DNA of 64,000 nt from Bacillota bacterium. GTDB taxonomy: Bacteria > Bacillota > Halanaerobiia > Halanaerobiales > DATFIM01. The translations under genes were made by a program, and so were the position numbers. Below, one piece after another: positions 58,288 to 64,000 of the stretch (position 1 is its first letter; each line of letters starts with the position of its first letter). The stretch is taken from contig JBNJDK010000002.1 of the NCBI GenBank assembly GCA_051744805.1, positions 9,791 through 73,790 of the forward strand. Direction: 5' to 3'. Under the pieces are notes generated by a model. It was not told the origin of the DNA. It made no database searches and worked only from the letters and a program-made list of their open reading frames with translations.

Positions 58288-58602
58288 TTATTTATCTATA
58301 TCTTCATTACAACTTTTACAAACTCTAACTTTTTTACCGTTCTCTAATACATCTACCCCAAATTTTGTTCTTTCATCACAATGTGGACAAACTAATTGAA
58401 CATTTGAAATATGAATAGGGGCTTCATTTTCAATAATACCACCTTGTGGCATATCTTGAGTAGGTCTTTGATGACGATGAACTATATTTACGTCCTCAAC
58501 AACTACTCTATCTTCTTTTGGATCTACTTTTAAAACTTCGCCTCTTTTTCCAATATCTTTTCCAGCAATAACCTCTACTTCATCACCTTTTTTTATTCTC
58601 AC
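58288..58602 (-). CDS. rplX: 50S ribosomal protein L24 (with a CxxC...CxxC Zn-ribbon, Thermus-like)
   Basis: (M)RIKKGDEVEVIAGKD.GK.G.V..V....RV.VE.VN.V..H..P.....GGI...EAPIH.SNV then CPHC...VCKSC. Start moved to GTG 58602 (GAGGGGGGA, 6 nt). Confidence 0.95.
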   Translation of the reverse strand: MRIKKGDEVEVIAGKDIGKRGEVLKVDPKEDRVVVEDVNIVHRHQRPTQDMPQGGIIENEAPIHISNVQLVCPHCDERTKFGVDVLENGKKVRVCKSCNEDIDK

Positions 58603-58616
58603 TGACAATCCCCCCT

Positions 58617-58985
58617 CTATAATACCTCAGGTGCTAAGGAGATAATTTTCATATGATTTTTATCTCTCAATTCCCTTGTAACTGGTCCGAAAATACGTGT
58701 ACCCTTTGGGTTATCTGTATCATCTAAAATAACTGCCGCATTTTCATCAAATTTTATATAAGTTCCATCATCACGACTTAATTCTTTTTTAGTTCTAACA
58801 ACAATCGCTTTTACTACCTCTCCCTTTTTTACCATTCCATCAGGGATTGCTTCTTTTACAGTAGCAATAATTACATCTCCAACATGGGCATATCTCTTAC
58901 GAGAACTACCTAAAACTTTTAAACATAAAAGTTCTCTAGCCCCGGAGTTATCTGCAACTCTTAACCTACTTTCAGGTTGGATCAT
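58617..58985 (-). CDS. rplN: 50S ribosomal protein L14
   Basis: [25 protein letters not shown].....GD.I..TVK.A.P. Confidence 0.98.
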   Translation of the reverse strand: MIQPESRLRVADNSGARELLCLKVLGSSRKRYAHVGDVIIATVKEAIPDGMVKKGEVVKAIVVRTKKELSRDDGTYIKFDENAAVILDDTDNPKGTRIFGPVTRELRDKNHMKIISLAPEVL

Positions 58986-59012
58986 TGCTCTGCCTCCTTT
59001 CTTATGTCACCG

Positions 59013-59273
59013 TTATTTTGCTTTTCTAATTATATCTTTTACCCGCCATCTTTTAGTTTTACTGAGTGGTCTGGTTTCTACGATTTTTACTTTATCTCCT
59101 TCATTGCACTCTTCATTTTCATCATGTGCTTTAAACTTTTTTGTTTGAGTTATAACTCTTTTATATAAAGGATGTTGAGTCTTCCGCTCGACTTCAACAG
59201 ATACCGTTTTATCCATTTTGTTACTAACTACAAAACCAATTCTTTCTTTACGAGGATTTTTTCTTTCAGCCAT
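59013..59273 (-). CDS. rpsQ: 30S ribosomal protein S17
   Basis: G.VVS.KMDKT..V.VER...HP.Y.K......K..AHDE.N.C..GD.V.I.ETRPLSK.K.W. Confidence 0.97.
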   Translation of the reverse strand: MAERKNPRKERIGFVVSNKMDKTVSVEVERKTQHPLYKRVITQTKKFKAHDENEECNEGDKVKIVETRPLSKTKRWRVKDIIRKAK

Positions 59274-59294
59274 ATTTTGACCTCCTTTCTCACT

Positions 59295-59501
59295 TTACGC
59301 TTCTTTCTCTAGCCCCAGCTCGCGTTCACGCATAATAGTCTTAATACGGGCTATAATCCTGCGCACCTCTCTTATACGCATTGGATTATTAAGTTGAGCT
59401 GTAGCATGTTGAAATCTCAAGTTAAATAATTCTTCCTTGAATTCATCTAATTTCTGATCAAGTTCTTGATCTGTTAAATTTCTTAATTCATCAGCTCTCA
59501 T
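59295..59501 (-). CDS. rpmC: 50S ribosomal protein L29
   Basis: [32 protein letters not shown]. Start moved to ATG 59501, overlapping the rplP end by 11 nt. Confidence 0.93.
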   Translation of the reverse strand: MRADELRNLTDQELDQKLDEFKEELFNLRFQHATAQLNNPMRIREVRRIIARIKTIMRERELGLEKEA

Positions 59502-59925
59502 CAGACTCACCATCCATTCCTTCTCGTTTAACAAATTTAGTTTTTATGGGTAATTTGTGTGCTGCCAGTCTCATTGCTTCTCTGGCTACTTCTTCTTCAA
59601 TACCAGCAACTTCAAACATTATTCTTCCTGGCTTAACTACTGCTACCCATTTTTCAACTGCACCTTTACCACTACCCATACGGGTTTCAGCAGGTTTTGA
59701 AGTGATTGGCTTATCAGAAAAAATCTTAACCCATACCTTACCACCTCTTTTTATATACCTGGTTAAAGCAATACGTGCAGCTTCAATTTGGCGGTTTGTT
59801 ATCCAGGCAGGTTCTAAGGCTTGAAGGCCAAATTCGCCAAATGTTATTTTAGTTCCTTTGACAGCTTTACCTTTCATTCTACCTCTCTGTTGCTTACGAT
59901 GTTTTACTCGTTTTGGTACTAACAT
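59491..59925 (-). CDS. rplP: 50S ribosomal protein L16
   Basis: [21 protein letters not shown]....[23 protein letters not shown]. Start ATG 59925 (AAGGGGG, 7 nt). Confidence 0.97.
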   Translation of the reverse strand: MLVPKRVKHRKQQRGRMKGKAVKGTKITFGEFGLQALEPAWITNRQIEAARIALTRYIKRGGKVWVKIFSDKPITSKPAETRMGSGKGAVEKWVAVVKPGRIMFEVAGIEEEVAREAMRLAAHKLPIKTKFVKREGMDGESDES

Positions 59926-59949
59926 CAAAGTGCCCCCTTTCCTAATATT

Positions 59950-60597
59950 CTAGTTTGTTTCATCTAATTCTGGAAGAACTTCTCCCTTATTGATCCAAAC
60001 TTTAACTCCAATTGTACCATAAGTTGTTTTAGCTTCCGCAAAACCATAATCTATATCAGCTCTTAGTGTATGAAGTGGAACACTTCCTTCATTATATCCT
60101 TCACGTCTTGCCATTTCTGCTCCACCTAAACGTCCACTACTTTGTACTCTAAATCCTTCTGCTCCCATGCGCATTGCTTTGTTCATTGCCTGTTTCATAG
60201 CTCTTCTAAATGAAACTCTTTTTAAAAGCTGTTGAGCAATATTTTCAGCAACAAGCTGAGCATTTAATTCAGGATCTTCAACTTCAACAACATTAATCTG
60301 CACATTCTTACCAGAAATTTCTTCAACTTCTTTACGAAGTGCATCTACTTCAGAACCGCCTTTACCAATGACCATTCCTGGTCTAGCAGTATGAACATCG
60401 ATTTTCAATCTATTAGCAGCTCTTTCAATAACTATTCTAGCTATGCCTGACTCAAACATCTTGTCTTTTATATGCTCGCGTATTTCAAGGTCTTCGTGTA
60501 ATATATCTGAGTAATTGCTTTTATCAGCATACCATTTAGCATCCCAATCTTTAATTACTCCAACACGCAAACCATGTGGATTTACTTTTTGACCCAA
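59950..60597 (-). CDS. rpsC: 30S ribosomal protein S3
   Basis: [12 protein letters not shown]...DW...WYA and the KH domain (GMVIGKGG). Confidence 0.98.
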   Translation of the reverse strand: MGQKVNPHGLRVGVIKDWDAKWYADKSNYSDILHEDLEIREHIKDKMFESGIARIVIERAANRLKIDVHTARPGMVIGKGGSEVDALRKEVEEISGKNVQINVVEVEDPELNAQLVAENIAQQLLKRVSFRRAMKQAMNKAMRMGAEGFRVQSSGRLGGAEMARREGYNEGSVPLHTLRADIDYGFAEAKTTYGTIGVKVWINKGEVLPELDETN

Positions 60598-60600
60598 AAT

Positions 60601-60945
60601 CTACCCCTCCTTTTTGTTATCTGATACAACTACAGTAATATGACTTGTTCTCTTATTTATAGGACTTGCCTGTCCCATAGCCCTTGCTCTAAAACGTTTC
60701 ATCGTTGGGCCTTCATCTACATATGCTTCAGAAACTGTTAAATCTTCCACAAACATATCATGATTATTTTCAGCATTAGCCATAGCTGAGTTTAACACCT
60801 TTGAAATAGGCTTTGAAGCCTTTTTTGGTGTGTTTCTCAAAATAGCCTTTGCTTCCTGTGCATCTTTATTACGAATTAAATCTATAACCTGTCTTGCTTT
60901 TCTCGGAGTAATCCGAATATATTTTGCAACAGCTTTAGCTTCCAT
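60601..60945 (-). CDS. rplV: 50S ribosomal protein L22
   Basis: A.AKYIRI.PRKAR.V.DLIR.K....A..IL........A....K.L.SA.ANAENN. Confidence 0.98.
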   Translation of the reverse strand: MEAKAVAKYIRITPRKARQVIDLIRNKDAQEAKAILRNTPKKASKPISKVLNSAMANAENNHDMFVEDLTVSEAYVDEGPTMKRFRARAMGQASPINKRTSHITVVVSDNKKEG

Positions 60946-60970
60946 AAGATAAACCTCCTTTATAACCCTA

Positions 60971-61255
60971 TTACTTTAAAGCTGTAGAACGTTCAGTATG
61001 ACGACTATGTCCTCTGAATATACGTGTGGGTGCAAATTCACCCAACTTATGTCCTACCATCTCTTCACTGATAAAAATCGGTACATGTTTCCTTCCATCA
61101 TGAACAGCTATCGTATGGCCTACCATTTCTGGAATTACCATAGAAGCCCTTGACCAGGTTTTTACTACTTCTTTTTTTCCACTATCATTCATTTCTCTTA
61201 TTTTTTCAAGTAAGTCCTCTTCAACAAAAGGGCCTTTTTTTAATGATCTAGCCAA
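60971..61255 (-). CDS. rpsS: 30S ribosomal protein S19
   Basis: [10 protein letters not shown]...L..K.........KTWSR.S...[18 protein letters not shown]....[16 protein letters not shown]. Confidence 0.98.
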   Translation of the reverse strand: MARSLKKGPFVEEDLLEKIREMNDSGKKEVVKTWSRASMVIPEMVGHTIAVHDGRKHVPIFISEEMVGHKLGEFAPTRIFRGHSRHTERSTALK

Positions 61256-61276
61256 AATAAAACCCTCCTTTCTGGA

Positions 61277-62110
61277 TTATCTTTTCTTCTCGTGACGTGA
61301 ACGAATAATCTTTTTATCTGATTTCTTTGTTTTACGTGTCTTTTTACCCATAGTTGGCTGTCCCCAGGGTGTAACTGGATGACGACCTGCAGGTGATTTA
61401 CCTTCACCACCACCATGTGGGTGATCGTGTGGGTTCATAACAACTCCACGAACTTTTGGACGTTTACCTTTCCAGCGACTACGTCCAGCTTTACCGCCAA
61501 CAACATTTTCATGATTTATATTTCCTACCTGCCCAATTGTAGCTTTACATTCCTGTCTAATCAATCTTACTTCTCCAGAAGGCATTTTGATATGAGCAAA
61601 TTTACCTTCTTTAGCTAAAAGTTGAGCCATACTACCAGCTGATCTCGCTATTTGACCACCTGTAGCAGGTTTCATTTCTATATTATGAATGATTGTACCT
61701 ACTGGAAGTTCTTTAAGTTTTTTAGCATTTCCAGCTTTTACATCTGCTTCTTTTCCACTCATTAATTTATCTCCAACTTCAACTCCATCTGGAGCTAAAA
61801 TATATCTTTTTTCTCCATCAGCATAATTCAGAAGAGCAATTCTTGCTGAACGATTAGGATCATATTCTATAGCTGCTACTTTAGCAGGGATTCCATCTTT
61901 ATCACGTTTGAAATCTATAATACGATAACGTCTTTTGTGTCCTCCACCACGACGACGTGATGTTATTCTACCATTATTATTTCTTCCACCAGTTTTTTTC
62001 ATAGGTGCCAGCAAACTTTTTTCTGGTTCCTTTTTTGTTATCTCATTAAAACTAGCTACTGTCATATATCTTTTAGATGGAGTAGTTGGTTTAAACTTTT
62101 TAATAGCCAT
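61277..62110 (-). CDS. rplB: 50S ribosomal protein L2
   Basis: [42 protein letters not shown]. Confidence 0.98.
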   Translation of the reverse strand: MAIKKFKPTTPSKRYMTVASFNEITKKEPEKSLLAPMKKTGGRNNNGRITSRRRGGGHKRRYRIIDFKRDKDGIPAKVAAIEYDPNRSARIALLNYADGEKRYILAPDGVEVGDKLMSGKEADVKAGNAKKLKELPVGTIIHNIEMKPATGGQIARSAGSMAQLLAKEGKFAHIKMPSGEVRLIRQECKATIGQVGNINHENVVGGKAGRSRWKGKRPKVRGVVMNPHDHPHGGGEGKSPAGRHPVTPWGQPTMGKKTRKTKKSDKKIIRSRHEKKR

Positions 62111-62137
62111 TACTTTCCCTCCTTTACATACTTAAAA

Positions 62138-62428
62138 TTATACTCCTTCAAATATTTCTATTTCGTCATCTTCTGCAAGTTTAACTAATGCTTTTTTCCA
62201 ATCAGGCCTTTTCCCTTCATGTACTCCAAGCCTTATTTCTTTACCTCTAAGATTCATAGTATTTACATTTACAACATCTACATTGAAAATTTCCTGAATC
62301 GCTTTTTTAATTTCAACTTTATTTGAATCTTTAGCAACTTTAAAAGTATAGGTATTATTGCTTTCCATTAAATCCATACTTTTTTCAGTTATTATTGGTG
62401 AAATTATAATATCACGTGCTTCTTTCAT
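62138..62428 (-). CDS. rplW: 50S ribosomal protein L23
   Basis: D.I..P.ITEKS.........Y.F.V.....K.EIK.A.....V.V..VNT. Confidence 0.97.
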   Translation of the reverse strand: MKEARDIIISPIITEKSMDLMESNNTYTFKVAKDSNKVEIKKAIQEIFNVDVVNVNTMNLRGKEIRLGVHEGKRPDWKKALVKLAEDDEIEIFEGV

Positions 62429-63054
62429 TCAGCCAGCACCTCCTCGATCTTCTGAGCAGCCTCTTCTGGAACTAATATATATTCATTATCCAAAAGTTGA
62501 TAGGCATTCATAGCATCTAAAACCATTGTATCTACATTAGGTAGGTTACGTGCCGATAAATAAACATTATCATTTTTTTCTGGTAATACAATTAACACCT
62601 TTTTATCTTCTAAATCAAAATCTTCTATAAGATTAATAACCTGTTTAGTTTTAGGTTTATCATAGTTCAATTCGTCAACAATTTTTAATTGATCATTATT
62701 AACTTTATCAGTTAAAATAGACCTTAAAGCTAATTTTTTCATCTTTTTATTAACTTTCTTTTTGTATGAGCGTGGCTTAGGACCAAATGTAATTCCACCA
62801 CCAACCCATAGTGGAGAACGAATAGTACCATGTCTTGCTCTACCAGTACCTTTTTGGCGCCATGGTTTACGGCCACCACCTCTAACTTCACTTCTAGTTT
62901 TTGTAGAGGCAGTTCCTCTTCTTTTAGCTGCCAATTGAGCTGTTACTACTTGATGTACAACATGTTCATTTATATCTTCAGCAAATACTTTATCATTTAG
63001 CTCATAATCTCCAATTTCTTTTCCAGACATATCAAACTTACTTACCTGTGGCAT
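62425..63054 (-). CDS. rplD: 50S ribosomal protein L4
   Basis: ...H.VV.AQLA..R.GT..TKTR.EV.GGG.KPWRQKGTGRAR.G.IRSP.W.GGG..FGP.PR.Y. Start ATG 63054. Confidence 0.97.
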   Translation of the reverse strand: MPQVSKFDMSGKEIGDYELNDKVFAEDINEHVVHQVVTAQLAAKRRGTASTKTRSEVRGGGRKPWRQKGTGRARHGTIRSPLWVGGGITFGPKPRSYKKKVNKKMKKLALRSILTDKVNNDQLKIVDELNYDKPKTKQVINLIEDFDLEDKKVLIVLPEKNDNVYLSARNLPNVDTMVLDAMNAYQLLDNEYILVPEEAAQKIEEVLAE

Positions 63055-63080
63055 CAAATATCCTCCTCTCTATCATATAT

Positions 63081-63701
63081 TTATTCTTCAATTGTTTCTA
63101 TAGTCAGGATATTTTTCTTTGGGCCAGGTAAGGCTCCTTTTATTAATAAAGCATTTTTTTCCTGATCTACATCAACAATTTCTAATTTTTCTATAGTTAC
63201 TTTATCTCTTCCCATTCTTCCTGGAAGTTTTTGTCCTTTGAAAACACGTGCTGCATCAACTGCACCTATTGAACCTGGTGCTCTGTGAAAATGTGAACCA
63301 TGTGTTTTCGGACCTGTTCCATGATTCCAACGCTTAACATTACCCTGAAATCCTTGACCCTTTGTTAAACCTCTTACATCAACTTTTTCTCCTGCTTCGA
63401 ATAAATCTACAGTTATTTCATCACCTTCAGCAACTTCTTCAGAAAAATTTCTGAACTCTTTTAAATGTTTTTTAGGTTTAACTCCAGCACTTTTAAAATG
63501 TCCAAGTTCAGGTTTGTTTAATTTATTTTCATCTATATCTTCATAACCTAATTGTACTGCTTCATAACCATCTTTTTCTTCTGTTCTTTTTTGGACTACA
63601 GCACAAGGTCCTGCTTCAACTACTGTAACAGGAACTAAAGTACCATCATCTTTGAAAACCTGGGTCATACCAATTTTTTTACCTATTATACCCTTAGGCA
63701 T
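63081..63701 (-). CDS. rplC: 50S ribosomal protein L3
   Basis: M.KGI.GKK.GMTQ.F...G...PVTV.EAGPC.V.Q.....DGY.A.QLG; GQKLPGRMG. Confidence 0.98.
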   Translation of the reverse strand: MPKGIIGKKIGMTQVFKDDGTLVPVTVVEAGPCAVVQKRTEEKDGYEAVQLGYEDIDENKLNKPELGHFKSAGVKPKKHLKEFRNFSEEVAEGDEITVDLFEAGEKVDVRGLTKGQGFQGNVKRWNHGTGPKTHGSHFHRAPGSIGAVDAARVFKGQKLPGRMGRDKVTIEKLEIVDVDQEKNALLIKGALPGPKKNILTIETIEE

Positions 63702-63723
63702 CTTTAAAACACCTCCTCAACGA

Positions 63724-64000
63724 TTATAATTTAATCTCTATATTAACCCCAGCAGGCAAATCAAGTCTCATTAAAGCATCAACCGTCTTTGAACTAGGGT
63801 CTAAAATATCTATTAGTCTTTTATGTGTGCGCATTTCAAACTGTTCTCTTGCATCTTTATGAACATGAGGAGAACGGAGTACCGTAAATATTTCTTTTTC
63901 AGTAGGTAGTGGTACTGGACCTGAAATATCTGCTCCAGTTCTTTCAGCTGTAGTTACTATCTTTTGTGCTGATTTATCTAAAAGCTCATGTTCAAAGGAC
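63724..64000 (-). CDS. rpsJ: 30S ribosomal protein S10; only the C-terminal 92 codons are present, the start lies beyond the right edge
   Basis: Own translation: ..[90 protein letters not shown]. Confidence 0.97.
   Translation of the reverse strand, partial: SFEHELLDKSAQKIVTTAERTGADISGPVPLPTEKEIFTVLRSPHVHKDAREQFEMRTHKRLIDILDPSSKTVDALMRLDLPAGVNIEIKL

Overview
AT-rich 64-kb window, coded almost entirely on the minus strand. It looks like core chromosome of an anaerobic low-GC Firmicute. The order S10-spc-alpha ribosomal cluster, then ecfA1-ecfA2-ecfT-truA-rplM-rpsI, is typical of Firmicutes; Halanaerobiales or Clostridia-like is only my guess. Minus-strand content, listed by ascending window coordinate (which runs opposite to transcription): (i) a putative sigma-54-controlled catabolic operon (M20 carbamoylase-like hydrolase, YfcC transporter, DUF1028, M20D amidohydrolase) with its divergent plus-strand activator; (ii) housekeeping genes (COG2509-like FAD protein, PrsW, YerC, guaA, DUF2284, groES-groEL behind a perfect CIRCE operator, a radical-SAM/PDZ/DUF512 protein, tsaE-tsaB-rimI-tsaD); (iii) a four-gene Hnd/HydABC-type electron-bifurcating [FeFe]-hydrogenase operon. 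Immediately upstream of the hydrogenase operon sits a five-gene cassette: DRTGG, GHKL ATPase, a hydrogenase-like Fe-S protein with degenerate H-cluster motifs, a second DRTGG, and PHP. I read this as an H2-sensing signalling module with no visible DNA-binding output, and it is the most interesting part of the window. After it come an amidohydrolase, asparaginase II, short-MazE/MazF, an SF1B helicase with an N-terminal DbpA-like RNA-binding domain, dcd, nnr, acpS, a glmS ribozyme plus glmS, and glmM. A short plus-strand segment holds an AT-rich membrane protein and a peptide-type ABC importer with no ATPase genes. The rest is an AMMECR1 / LigB-like / radical-SAM trio and the large ribosomal-protein cluster through a partial rpsJ at the right edge; L30 is absent from its usual slot and L24 carries a Zn-ribbon. 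I saw no rRNA, tRNA, CRISPR array, transposase or prophage signature. Several ORF-track starts were moved to internal starts that have Shine-Dalgarno support. All family assignments come from motif reading and recollection, not database searches.
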